This document shows positions 47,691 to 56,833 of a DNA stretch of 64,000 nucleotides, one piece after another. Position numbers and translations under genes: made by a program. Origin of the DNA: Actinomycetes bacterium (GTDB lineage: Bacteria; Actinomycetota; JAHEXW01); the NCBI GenBank assembly GCA_023251915.1, contig JAHEXW010000005.1, positions 7,549 through 71,548 on the forward strand, written 5' to 3'. The first letter of the stretch is position 1. The number at the start of each line of letters is the position of its first letter. The notes under the pieces are model-generated. The model was not told the origin of the DNA and searched no databases. It saw only the letters and a list, made by a program, of their open reading frames with translations.

Positions 47691-47706
47691 AAAACCCCTT
47701 ATTGAT

Positions 47707-47817
47707 AGACCTGAGGGACTTGAACGACCCGGACGACTACTTGCCTTTGACGTCCTTTGGTTTTGCCTTCTTGGCAGTCTTTCCAGTCTTTCGGGTCCCT
47801 CCGGTCTTACGAGTCGA
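47707..47817. repeat. Inverted 9-bp-period arrays straddling the topA stop codon
   Basis: gacctgagg-gacttgaac-gacccggac-gac facing gtctttcca-gtctttcgg-gtccctccg-gtcttacga-gtc. Confidence 0.55.
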
Positions 47818-49917
47818 GTTTTTGGTTTCTTCTGCCGCAGCCGCAGCTTTCTTCGCCTCGTAGCGAGCTTTGCTTTCGGCGTTGCTGGGGCATTCCCAGA
47901 AGTTGGGGCAGAATATTCTCGGTCCCTTGCCTTTCTGCGGCACCTTCATCTTCGGCGCGCCGCAATCCGGGCACGTCTCTCCGGCCGCCATGGCAATGCC
48001 GAATGGAGGCAGCGGATAAGCGGTCGTGCAATCGGGATAACCGCTGCAGCCGATGAATTTGCTGCCCGATTTCTTGGCTCGCCTGATCATTAGGTCCTTA
48101 CCGCATTTAGGGCAAGGCCCGACAACATTGTCGGCCCGGATGCCGTCCCAAATTCGTTCCCTTATCTCATCGGCATTGGCGGCGATGCTATCTACCGTAT
48201 CGCCCAGAACGCCGCGCGAGTCTTCCACAACGGCCGCTCGCTTCATCTTGCCTTCGGCGATCAAGTCCATTTCATGTTCCAGCTCGGCCGTCATGACCGG
48301 CGTCGATATCGTGGCGGCAAAATCTTTGAGAGACCTGGCCACAGCCAGGCCAAGCTTGGTCGGGATAATCGGGTCACCGTAGACATACTGTCGGTCATAC
48401 AGATTCTGAATAATCGAGTGGCGTGTAGCCTTGGTGCCTAAGCCAAGCTTTTCCATCTCTTGAATCAGGCCACCTTGGCCGTAGCGCTGGGGCGGCTGAG
48501 TTTCCTTAGACAGCAGCTGCTTATCGATCAATGGGAGGGTCTCTCCCTCCAGCAACTGCGGCAGGACCGCTTCTTTGCGGCGAGAATAAGGATAGACGTC
48601 AATCCATCCCGCGAAAACGGTACGCTCGCCTCGGGCGACGAAAGGTTGATCGCCGGCGTTGATGATGGCCTTGATGTTCTCAAACTTTGCCGTCGGCGAC
48701 AAGGTCGCGAAGAACCGGCGGACAACGAGCTCGTATATCTTCCAAGAGCGGTCGTCCAGAGCTGACCGAGCTGCGGCACCTGTTGGATAAATCGGCGGAT
48801 GGTCGGTGGCAAACTTCTTGCCCCGTGTCGGCGTCAAAGGACCGGACGCCAGTAGTCTGCCGGCCGGCTCAGCGAAAACGTCGCCGGTGAAAAGCTGGAC
48901 AATCTCGCGCAAATCCAAGGTGGGCGGATATACTGTGTTGTCGGTGCGAGGGTAACTTATGTAGCCGGCCATGTACAGACGTTCCGCCACATCCATCGCC
49001 CATTTAGCAGTAAACCCGATCGAAGAGGCGGCCGCCAGGAAAGATGTTGTATTAAACGGCGCCGGCGGCGCTATCTTACGCTCACGTTGAGCGACGGAAG
49101 CGACGACTCCCTCTTCGGGGACTGAGCTGAAGGCAGTTTCCGCAATGGCTTTGTCGTCAAACCGGTCCGCCTTGTGTTGCGCGTCAAACCGTGCCCCGTC
49201 CTTCTCGAAAGTGGCGGTTATCTGCCAGTATGGCACCGGCGTGAAGGCCATCCGCTCGAGCTCGCGATCCGCGATCAGAACCAAGGTCGGGCTCTGCACC
49301 CGGCCGACGCTCAAGAAGTTCTTGCCCAAGCGCGTTGATGCCAGTGAAATGCCTCGGGTTAGTGTCGCCCCCCAGATCAGATCGATATCCTGGCGGGCTT
49401 CACCGGCCGACGCGATGTCGTAATAGGGGTCCTCTAGGTTCGCGAACGAATCCGCGACTTCTTTGTCCGTCAACGAGGAGAATCGGGCCCTCTTGACCTT
49501 GACGTTCGGGATTTTCTCTTTGATGACGTTGAGAGCGTCGACTCCGATCAGCTCCCCCTCGCGATCAAAGTCGGTGGCGATAATGACGTTGTCGACGTCT
49601 TTGATTTGTTTCTGCAGGGCGGCCATAACGTATTTGACAGTTGGGACCTTGACCAGGGAGGCTTTAACTAAGTCTTTGAGGTCGGTTTTTTCCCAGTTCT
49701 CATAGCCTTCCGGGAAATCCACTTTGAGGATATGTCCGCGCAGGCCGATAACGCGCACCTCTCCGTCTTTGTCCTTATATGTATAGACGGGAACGGTGCC
49801 GGTCGCTTTCTTGGCGCCTTTCTTGGCTGCCGGAGAATTACTTTTGGCCTTGCCGCCAGACAATATGTCGGCTATGCGGGACGCAACGTTATCTTTTTCG
49901 GTGACGATCAGTTTCAA
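47737..49917 (-). CDS. topA: Type IA DNA topoisomerase with C-terminal zinc ribbons
   Basis: TEK, ATDFDREGE TOPRIM motif, GRVQSPTL, YISYPRTD catalytic Tyr and LGTKATR; C4 zinc ribbons. Confidence 0.93.
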   Translation of the reverse strand: MKLIVTEKDNVASRIADILSGGKAKSNSPAAKKGAKKATGTVPVYTYKDKDGEVRVIGLRGHILKVDFPEGYENWEKTDLKDLVKASLVKVPTVKYVMAALQKQIKDVDNVIIATDFDREGELIGVDALNVIKEKIPNVKVKRARFSSLTDKEVADSFANLEDPYYDIASAGEARQDIDLIWGATLTRGISLASTRLGKNFLSVGRVQSPTLVLIADRELERMAFTPVPYWQITATFEKDGARFDAQHKADRFDDKAIAETAFSSVPEEGVVASVAQRERKIAPPAPFNTTSFLAAASSIGFTAKWAMDVAERLYMAGYISYPRTDNTVYPPTLDLREIVQLFTGDVFAEPAGRLLASGPLTPTRGKKFATDHPPIYPTGAAARSALDDRSWKIYELVVRRFFATLSPTAKFENIKAIINAGDQPFVARGERTVFAGWIDVYPYSRRKEAVLPQLLEGETLPLIDKQLLSKETQPPQRYGQGGLIQEMEKLGLGTKATRHSIIQNLYDRQYVYGDPIIPTKLGLAVARSLKDFAATISTPVMTAELEHEMDLIAEGKMKRAAVVEDSRGVLGDTVDSIAANADEIRERIWDGIRADNVVGPCPKCGKDLMIRRAKKSGSKFIGCSGYPDCTTAYPLPPFGIAMAAGETCPDCGAPKMKVPQKGKGPRIFCPNFWECPSNAESKARYEAKKAAAAAEETKNSTRKTGGTRKTGKTAKKAKPKDVKGK

Positions 49918-50015
49918 AGGTTTAGGCTCCTTATCGGTTTTTCTTGCGCAAGCTCTCGTGTGCCGCGCTTAAGGGGTCGCGACGAGAAATACTATAGCAC
50001 ACGGCGGCCTCAGCG

Positions 50016-50675
50016 CTACCCGGTAAGCTCCCGCACCTGCTTGACTACCCACTCGTCCCAAGCCTCCAGGCCTTCGCCGGAAGTGCAGGAGACAATGAAC
50101 ATCTCAACGTCCGGATTCATCTCTCTAATCGTTTTCTGGAAACCTTCCATATCGAAGTTCGTCGAGCCGATCAGATCGATCTTGTTGATTACCAGCGCGT
50201 CGGCTTCGCTGAACATAAGAGGATACTTGTGCGGTTTGTCGTCGCCCTCCGTCACGGAAAGCAACATTACTTTCTTATGTTCACCCAGTTTGAACTCCGC
50301 CGGGCATACCAGATTGCCAACGTTTTCGATAATTAATAACCGAATGGACGCGAGGTCAACTTTATCCAAACCGTTGCGAATCATGTTCGCGTCCAGGTGG
50401 CAGGCCCCACCTGTGTTTATCTGTACGGCCGGTACACCAAAAGCCGCAACCCGATCGGCGTCCACCGACGAGGCGATGTCGCCGTCGATCACCGCCAGCG
50501 GGATGCCGGCGCGTTTCATAGCCTCCAACGTCTTGATCACCAGGGTTGTCTTGCCAGCCCCGGGCGAACTCATGAAATTCAAGACGGCGACGTTGTTTTC
50601 CTTGAATTTCGCGGCGTTGGCGGCAGCGATATTATCGTTGGTCTCGAGTATGTCTTTTAGAACTTTGACTTCCAC
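50016..50675 (-). CDS. hypB: Hydrogenase nickel-insertion GTPase HypB
   Basis: SSPGAGKT, GGACHLDA, ENVGNLVCPA, EGDDKPHKYP and NKIDL motifs. Confidence 0.96.
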   Translation of the reverse strand: MEVKVLKDILETNDNIAAANAAKFKENNVAVLNFMSSPGAGKTTLVIKTLEAMKRAGIPLAVIDGDIASSVDADRVAAFGVPAVQINTGGACHLDANMIRNGLDKVDLASIRLLIIENVGNLVCPAEFKLGEHKKVMLLSVTEGDDKPHKYPLMFSEADALVINKIDLIGSTNFDMEGFQKTIREMNPDVEMFIVSCTSGEGLEAWDEWVVKQVRELTG

Positions 50676-50693
50676 TTTTGACCTCCGGTCAGA

Positions 50694-50783
50694 TTACAAA
50701 GAGTACGAGGAGCACCAAGATGACTTGGCCGAAATCAATGGTTTTGTCGTCATTGTGCTCTTTGTGTTCCTTGTGCTCTTTCG
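50694..50783. repeat. Inverted 9-bp-period arrays between hypA and hypB
   Basis: acaaagagt-acgaggagc-accaagatg ... cattgtgct-ctttgtgtt-ccttgtgct-cttt. Confidence 0.6.
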
Positions 50784-51125
50784 CTAGTCTATGTCTATAC
50801 TGTCGACGGCCAGTTCCCGGCCGGTAATGAGCTCGCCTAGAATATCCCCGCACGCGGGACATTTCATTATCATGTCCTCCGCGGCAAATTCGTGGCCGCA
50901 GGCCTGACAACGCGCCTTCGCCTCGATGAAATTGATGTTCAGCTTGGCGCCCTCGGCAATCGTATCCTTGGTCATGATCTCGAAATAGAATGCGACGCAA
51001 TCAGGGACGACCTGGGAGAGTGATCCGACGGTGAGGTTAACCTCGTTTATTTTGCTCGCGCCGCTTTTCTCGGCTGAATCCAGAGCGATGTCCAAGATGC
51101 CCTGGGTGATTGTCATTTCGTGCAT
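50784..51125 (-). CDS. hypA: Hydrogenase nickel metallochaperone HypA
   Basis: MHE start; CQAC and CPAC zinc sites; GREL motif. Confidence 0.96.
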   Translation of the reverse strand: MHEMTITQGILDIALDSAEKSGASKINEVNLTVGSLSQVVPDCVAFYFEIMTKDTIAEGAKLNINFIEAKARCQACGHEFAAEDMIMKCPACGDILGELITGRELAVDSIDID

Positions 51126-51134
51126 TGCGCCTCT

Positions 51135-51638
51135 TTACTCTGACTCTTCAATCTCTTTCATTACCAGTTCGATCACTCGCGGAATCTGGGCGGCTATCGT
51201 TGGAGTCAACTCCAGGCCCCACTCGATCTCGGCCGGCTGGATGCCTATTATTATCGCTTCCGCCGGCATTCGCCCGGACAGCTCGGCCATCGTTAAGACG
51301 TCAAACAACGTGACTTGATGCATTGACACCTTTGTCAGAACCTTTGTTTTGATGTCTTGTGCGGTGAACCTGAACAGAGTCCCGGCCGGCTCCCCGGCGT
51401 TGACAACGTCCAGCATGATTACTTTGTCGCGGCCTCCTATATAGTATAGAAGGTCTAGGCCAAGCGTGGCGCCGTCAACGATATCAACGTAAGAAGGAAT
51501 ACCAAGTTCTTCGCGGCGAGCTTCCAGCTCCTCGACAACTTTGACGCCGAAGCCCTCGTCTTTCAGGATAGAATTGCCGACCCCGAGCACCAGAATCCGG
51601 TGCTCGGGGTCGACGTGTTGCTCCGTATTACTTGACAT
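51135..51638 (-). CDS. Hydrogenase maturation protease (HyaD/HybD family)
   Basis: LGVGNSILKDEGFG, VDGAT, D, SMHQ and GIQP motifs. Confidence 0.95.
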   Translation of the reverse strand: MSSNTEQHVDPEHRILVLGVGNSILKDEGFGVKVVEELEARREELGIPSYVDIVDGATLGLDLLYYIGGRDKVIMLDVVNAGEPAGTLFRFTAQDIKTKVLTKVSMHQVTLFDVLTMAELSGRMPAEAIIIGIQPAEIEWGLELTPTIAAQIPRVIELVMKEIEESE

Positions 51639-52247
51639 CTACTCTTTTGATTCCTTAGGCACCATGCTCAATACCATGTACTTGAACTGGCCAAAGTCTT
51701 CAAAGAGAGACAGATAGACATGTACCGCGGTCAGCAGGATGAACACCCACATAATCGAGAAGTGCCATACCCGGACCATCTCCAATCCGCCGACAAGCGA
51801 AGTCAGCCACGTGAAGTAGCCGGCAAACGGCGTATAGAGCGCGAAACCTGTCATCGCCTGAAGGATGATCAGCGGAATAAACAGTACATAGGTCAACCGC
51901 TGGGGCGGATTGTAAATGCCCTGAACCTCTTTCGGCAGCTCTTTCTTCAGAAACAGGTAGTACCCGAGCGTACCGAACAGATTCCTCCAGACGATCATGC
52001 CCAAACCGAAGTTCTTGTAGTCCCGGTTCTTGGACAGGAACGCCAATGAAACCCTGATGATGAGGTTAAAGACCACGACGTACATTGCTACGAAGTGGAC
52101 GAACCGCATCGTCGACATTGACCCCTTAAAGAAGGGATAGTGGATGAAGAACCCGGTAAACGCCAGCGCGATCATGCTGACTACGTGGATATAGTGATAT
52201 ATCCTCGCTTCGACCGGATGCTCGATATGCATTTCAGCCATCTTCAT
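51639..52247 (-). CDS. [NiFe]-hydrogenase b-type cytochrome subunit
   Basis: Four TM segments with His ligands (RIYHYIH, RFVH, VWH...VHVY); YNPPQ motif. Confidence 0.93.
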   Translation of the reverse strand: MKMAEMHIEHPVEARIYHYIHVVSMIALAFTGFFIHYPFFKGSMSTMRFVHFVAMYVVVFNLIIRVSLAFLSKNRDYKNFGLGMIVWRNLFGTLGYYLFLKKELPKEVQGIYNPPQRLTYVLFIPLIILQAMTGFALYTPFAGYFTWLTSLVGGLEMVRVWHFSIMWVFILLTAVHVYLSLFEDFGQFKYMVLSMVPKESKE

Positions 52248-52254
52248 CCCTCCT

Positions 52255-53808
52255 TTAGGTGACTTTGAATTTCAGGATCTCATTTGTTGTCGGCTCGATG
52301 ATATGCACCGAGCAGGCTAAGCACGGATCAAAGGAGCGGACTACCCGGACCACGTTGGTCGGGTTCGTCGGATCCGGCACCGGAGCGCCGACAATCGCCT
52401 CTTCGACCGGTCCCCGAACGCCCTTATCGTAGCGCGGGCCAAAGTTCCAGCCGGACGCGTTGACGATCTGGTAGTTCGTGACCTTGCCCTTGTCTATCGA
52501 TACCCAGTGGCCGTTGGCGCTGCGCGGAGCATCGGTGATACCCATGCCTTCACGTGCGTCCATCGGCAGCGCTTTGTCGTCGCAGACTTCGCCGTTGATG
52601 TTCTTGGCCAGTTGATCCAGCCAAACGCGAATCTGTCCGATAAGCATCTTGGTCTCGTAGGCGCGGGCCGCGTGACGCGCGACCGCACTTGGCCAGACGC
52701 CGATCTTGCCGGCCAGCTCCATGAAGCCCGGATCCTGCTGCATCAACATACGTGCCAGCGGACCGCCTTCATGCGGCTTGCCGTCGTAACGCGGCGACTT
52801 AATGAACGAATACGCGCCGCCGGCTTTCTTCGGATCAGGATCCGTTTTACCGACTGCCGGTTTCAAGCCGGACGCGCTCTTGTAGTAGCTGTACTTTACA
52901 TCCTCGGTGATCTTCGACGGATCCATGTCCTTAATGTTCTTCAGATCCAGATTCTCGATCGTGCCCGAGCGGAAGAAGCGGTTCTTGATGTCGCCGCTCT
53001 TCTTCTCGTCAAACGCGCCGTAACCAAGGAAGTTGCTGACACCGAGACCGACCTTCAGGTCGTGAATCGGCTTCAACGGGCCGGTGCCCAGCGCCACAAC
53101 GTCCGCCACGTACGTGTTCTCCAGCCAGTCGGCCAGCTGCTCGAAACGCCAGGTGAACTCGGCGATCCTCTCAACGGTCGGCCTGATGCCGACGCCGCCG
53201 ACGACGACGTTCTGATAGAACGGCGCGCGGCCGCCCCACAGAGCGAGCATCTCGTGGCCCAGTTTCCGCATTTCCAGCGCTTGCAGGTAATGCGAAACGG
53301 CTGTGGTAACGACTTCGGGATCCTTGATGACAAACGCGTCGGGCTCATACCGCGGTGTCAAAGGATAGGTGTCGTTGGCCTTTACCAGGCTAACGATCTT
53401 GTCCTTGACCTTAAGAAGCGCCGGGTCGTTACCCGCGTAGCTGGCCACCGCCATGATGTCGATGTAATCCAACGCCGCGAGGTGATAGAAGTGCAGCGGG
53501 TGATCCGCCAGCCAGTCCGAAGCGAAAATCAAGTTCCGGATGATCCGGCCGTTGTCCGGCACGGTAACGCCGAACGCGTCATCAACGGCAAATACGGAAG
53601 ACATGCCGTGGATGGTGTTGCAGACACCGCAAACACGCTGCGTGATGCGGATCGCATCGCGCGGGTCTTTACCTTGAATCAACTGCTCGAAGCCGCGATA
53701 CATTGTGCCGCTGCTCCAAGCGTCTTTGACTACTCCGTTCTCCACCTCGACTTCGATTTTGAGGTGGCCCTCGATCCGTGTAACCGGATCAATTACTACT
53801 TTTGCCAT
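52255..53808 (-). CDS. Group 1 [NiFe]-hydrogenase large subunit
   Basis: DPVTRIEGH; L1 QRVCGVC; L2 RSFDPCLACSVH followed by a cleavable tail. Confidence 0.96.
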   Translation of the reverse strand: MAKVVIDPVTRIEGHLKIEVEVENGVVKDAWSSGTMYRGFEQLIQGKDPRDAIRITQRVCGVCNTIHGMSSVFAVDDAFGVTVPDNGRIIRNLIFASDWLADHPLHFYHLAALDYIDIMAVASYAGNDPALLKVKDKIVSLVKANDTYPLTPRYEPDAFVIKDPEVVTTAVSHYLQALEMRKLGHEMLALWGGRAPFYQNVVVGGVGIRPTVERIAEFTWRFEQLADWLENTYVADVVALGTGPLKPIHDLKVGLGVSNFLGYGAFDEKKSGDIKNRFFRSGTIENLDLKNIKDMDPSKITEDVKYSYYKSASGLKPAVGKTDPDPKKAGGAYSFIKSPRYDGKPHEGGPLARMLMQQDPGFMELAGKIGVWPSAVARHAARAYETKMLIGQIRVWLDQLAKNINGEVCDDKALPMDAREGMGITDAPRSANGHWVSIDKGKVTNYQIVNASGWNFGPRYDKGVRGPVEEAIVGAPVPDPTNPTNVVRVVRSFDPCLACSVHIIEPTTNEILKFKVT

Positions 53809-54947
53809 TACTTGTCACCTCCCTTTCCGCCAACCCTGCCGGTGGCGAAGTTTCCAACGAGGTGAGCACCCAGGCCGATGGCCACAGCGACACCAAGGAC
53901 CTTGGCGATGTTGTCGGCCGTAGTCTGGATTCCGAACAGATTAACCTCAGGTACTTTCTCGTACAACGGCGCCAGACCGGCATAGAACTCCGGCTGAGTA
54001 CAACCGATGCAAATACCGTGCGCGCCGATAGGCCAGCTCGTCCGGCTGTTCCAACGGCGGATCGGGCAGTCCGAATAGGTGATCGGACCCTTGCAGCCCT
54101 TTTTGACCAGGCAATAATTCTGCGTGGCCGTGCCGCCTTCCGCCGGCGCGATAGCCGCGGGGTCTCCCCATGTTTCCAGGTACAGACCAGCTTCGAACGC
54201 GGCGCGCCGCTCGCAGTTGTCGTGAATCGTCTGACCGTAGAACATCTTCGGACGACCGTAGTTGTCGACGTCCGGTGCTTTCTTGTTCATCAGATAATAA
54301 ACGACCGTACCGATCAGCCAGTCGGGATTCGGCGGGCAACCGGGTACGTTGACGACCGGCGTCGTGCCTTTGTAAGCGCCGCCCTTGGCCGTACCGTCAA
54401 ACAACAGACCTTTGGCGCCCGTAACGGCTTGGTTCGCCCGCGGGATGCCGCCAAAGGCCGCACACGTGCCCATTGCGATTACGACAGCCGCACTATCCGC
54501 CGCCTCCGTAACCCATTTGTCGCACGTCATAGGCTTGCCGTTCTCCTCACCGAACGCGGCGAACAGACCATCTTCCTTGTCCGGCACGGCGCCTTCCCAG
54601 ATGAGAACGTACTTACCTTTTTCGTTCTTGATGGTGTCCTTGATGACCTGAATAGCCTGGTCACCCGAGGCCGCCATAATGTTCGGCTGGTACCGGAACG
54701 ACAGGATGTCCAGCACGATCTCGGCGATTGACGGATGGTTCGAGTTCAACGCCGAAACGCTGCATCCGGTACAGTTCTGGCCCTGGAGCCACAATACCGG
54801 GGGTTTAGCGGCAGCGCCTTCGATGGCCTGCGCGATCTGTGGAACATAACTTTGCGATAATCCTAGGATGGTTGCGGTTGCTCCGCACACCTTCAGAAAA
54901 TCGCGGCGACTAAGTCCTTTAAAGGATTCGCCCAACTTTCGTGACAC
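53808..54947 (-). CDS. [NiFe]-hydrogenase small subunit with Tat signal and C-terminal anchor
   Basis: SRRDFLK; CTGC, GTCA and PGCPP; distal HDNC..C..GC; medial C...WP...CIGC, consistent with a 3Fe-4S cluster; C-terminal TM helix. Exact start codon uncertain. Confidence 0.95.
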   Translation of the reverse strand: MSRKLGESFKGLSRRDFLKVCGATATILGLSQSYVPQIAQAIEGAAAKPPVLWLQGQNCTGCSVSALNSNHPSIAEIVLDILSFRYQPNIMAASGDQAIQVIKDTIKNEKGKYVLIWEGAVPDKEDGLFAAFGEENGKPMTCDKWVTEAADSAAVVIAMGTCAAFGGIPRANQAVTGAKGLLFDGTAKGGAYKGTTPVVNVPGCPPNPDWLIGTVVYYLMNKKAPDVDNYGRPKMFYGQTIHDNCERRAAFEAGLYLETWGDPAAIAPAEGGTATQNYCLVKKGCKGPITYSDCPIRRWNSRTSWPIGAHGICIGCTQPEFYAGLAPLYEKVPEVNLFGIQTTADNIAKVLGVAVAIGLGAHLVGNFATGRVGGKGGDK

Positions 54948-55014
54948 CTCCTTAAGCTATAACGCTAGAAAGAGAAACTGGATAAGAGAACCTTCACCCC
55001 CTTTGCGAGCAGAA

Positions 55015-55030
55015 TGTAACAGTAGTTACA
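55015..55030. promoter_or_regulatory. Palindromic site upstream of the hydrogenase operon
   Basis: TGTAAC-AGTA-GTTACA. Confidence 0.55.
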
Positions 55031-55087
55031 CTTAAAAGAATACACTGCACATGATTACCAATAATCTAGATTTAATGGGCTTGGATG

Positions 55088-55810
55088 TCAAGCCGTTTCT
55101 TCGCGCGGCTTGGGCGCAACTAGGCCGGCCAAAATGCAGCTCAATATGTAGAATGCCAGCATCGGAAGGGCCATCACCGCCATTGTAACAGGACTCCAGT
55201 CGGGCGTGATGATTGCCGAGATCAATAATATCAAGAGGATCGCGTAGCGCCAGCTGGACCTCAGTTTGGCGGGCGATAAGATGCCTAGACGCACCATGAG
55301 CAGGATGAATAAGGGCGTTTCAAAAGAGATGCCGAACCCGAGAAGAAACCAACCGGCGTAGGTCACGTAGGCGCTGATGCTGACACTGGCTTTCATTAGG
55401 GCGCCCGCTTGTGCCAACAGCCAAGTCGTGCTCACAGGCATGATATAGCGGTAGCCGAAAACGACGCCGCCGGCAAACAGGATGATCATGGAAACGATAG
55501 TCGGGAAGATGATCTTCTTCTCTTTGGCTTTCATGCCGGGAGCCGCGAAGGCAAGAATCTCATACAGGATGACCGGTAATGCCAGCGACGCACCGGCAAA
55601 GAAGGCTACCTTAACCTTAACCATGAACGGTTCAAGCGGCGTCAGGTAGACAAACTGCATGTGGCCGGCCGGCACCATCATTATTCTCAGCAAAGGGATA
55701 GCGAAGTAGAGGCAGATACCAAAGGTAACAGCGAGGACGGACGCTGATATTATGATGCGTTTCCGAAGCTCAGCGAGGTGGGCCAGAAACGCCATACGGC
55801 GGTCGACCAT
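55088..55810 (-). CDS. tatC: Twin-arginine translocase subunit TatC
   Basis: HLAELRKR, FAAPG, FETP and ITPD motifs; six TM segments. Confidence 0.95.
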   Translation of the reverse strand: MVDRRMAFLAHLAELRKRIIISASVLAVTFGICLYFAIPLLRIMMVPAGHMQFVYLTPLEPFMVKVKVAFFAGASLALPVILYEILAFAAPGMKAKEKKIIFPTIVSMIILFAGGVVFGYRYIMPVSTTWLLAQAGALMKASVSISAYVTYAGWFLLGFGISFETPLFILLMVRLGILSPAKLRSSWRYAILLILLISAIITPDWSPVTMAVMALPMLAFYILSCILAGLVAPKPREETA

Positions 55811-55814
55811 GTTC

Positions 55815-56024
55815 TTAGGCGTCGTCTTTAGACTTTTCTTTAGTCGTTTCGTCCGCCTTGTCGGCCTCTTTCTTGGCGTCGGTTTCCTCTTCGCTGGAGG
55901 CCTTTCTCAAAGCCTTCACGCCCTGCCCGATAGACTTCGCGAGCTGCGGCAGCTTAGAGGGACCGAATATGATCAACACGATGACCAAGATGATTACTAG
56001 TTCGGGAATACCCAGACCAAACAC
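55815..56024 (-). CDS. tatA: Twin-arginine translocase subunit TatA
   Basis: FGLGIPEL...IFGPSKLPQL. GTG start at 56024 follows a GGAGG RBS. Confidence 0.95.
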   Translation of the reverse strand: MFGLGIPELVIILVIVLIIFGPSKLPQLAKSIGQGVKALRKASSEEETDAKKEADKADETTKEKSKDDA

Positions 56025-56143
56025 TATACCCACCTCCCGGGACACCTTGCGTCCCTGACATTTAGCAATCGCTCGAATACAAAATACTCTAATGCACGGC
56101 GTAAAAGATTGTCAAATATGTTACATACTTTTCGCGGCCCTCT

Positions 56144-56716
56144 TTACTTCGCGGCCGCCAGCTCCTGCCGTACATTGTCGGCCTGCGCGCCTGTCGGCTG
56201 AAGAGTCAAGAACCGCTCCCAGGCGAATTTCATGTTCGGAACATCGTTCTTGCTCTTGTAGATGACGCCGAGGTTGAACCAGGCCATCGCGTGATCAGGT
56301 TTGGCGCCGGTCACCTTCTTGAAAATCTCCAGCGCTTTGTCGTTTTGATTCAAGGCGTTGTAGGCGACCCCCATATCGGTCATGACGTCGTAGTTTGTCG
56401 GATCCAAGGCCAGAACCTTCTGGTAAGCGGCGATGGCGTTCTGATATTTGCCCGTATCGAAATAGGCATTGCCTAACCCGATCCAGCTGGCCTTGTCTTT
56501 GGGCGACTTGTCCAGCTTCGCCTTCAGCTGAATTATCTGCGCCTGCGCTTGTGTGTCCGCCGACGACCCTGTACTGCCCTTGAATATCGAACTAAAGAAA
56601 CCCCCCAGATCTCCCGAGCGCAACGCCGGCATCAGGGTAAGGATGAAAGACAGCGCTACCACGACCGCGCCGATCTTGATCCACAAACCGGCTTTCTTTT
56701 TGTCTAACATGATCAT
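56144..56716 (-). CDS. Membrane-anchored TPR protein
   Basis: N-terminal TM helix; three TPR units (WIGLGNAYF, MTDMGVAY, WFNLGVIY). Confidence 0.85.
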   Translation of the reverse strand: MIMLDKKKAGLWIKIGAVVVALSFILTLMPALRSGDLGGFFSSIFKGSTGSSADTQAQAQIIQLKAKLDKSPKDKASWIGLGNAYFDTGKYQNAIAAYQKVLALDPTNYDVMTDMGVAYNALNQNDKALEIFKKVTGAKPDHAMAWFNLGVIYKSKNDVPNMKFAWERFLTLQPTGAQADNVRQELAAAK

Positions 56717-56730
56717 CTATGAAACCTCCT

Positions 56731-56833
56731 GGTTTGTGATTAGTTATTGGTTCTTGGTTCATCGTCAACATCAGTACAAGCGATAAACTACAAACCAAGG
56801 ACTAATAACTATGAACTACGAACTATGAACTAA
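56731..56833. repeat. Inverted pair of heptamer tandem arrays (same family as 19915-20011)
   Basis: tagttat-tggttct-tggttca ... actaata-actatga-actacga-actatga; 18 bp (gactaataactatgaact) identical to 19993-20010. Confidence 0.75.

Noticed and set aside
52255-52340. Possible [NiFeSe] hydrogenase (selenocysteine)
   Set aside because: L2 reads DPCLAC with Cys codons; there is no in-frame TGA.
52507-54731. Long plus-strand ORFs (452 and 309 aa) opposite the hydrogenase genes; similar cases at 49732-50787, 47374-48093 and 60153-60860
   Set aside because: Antisense shadows of GC-biased genuine genes; no recognisable motifs.
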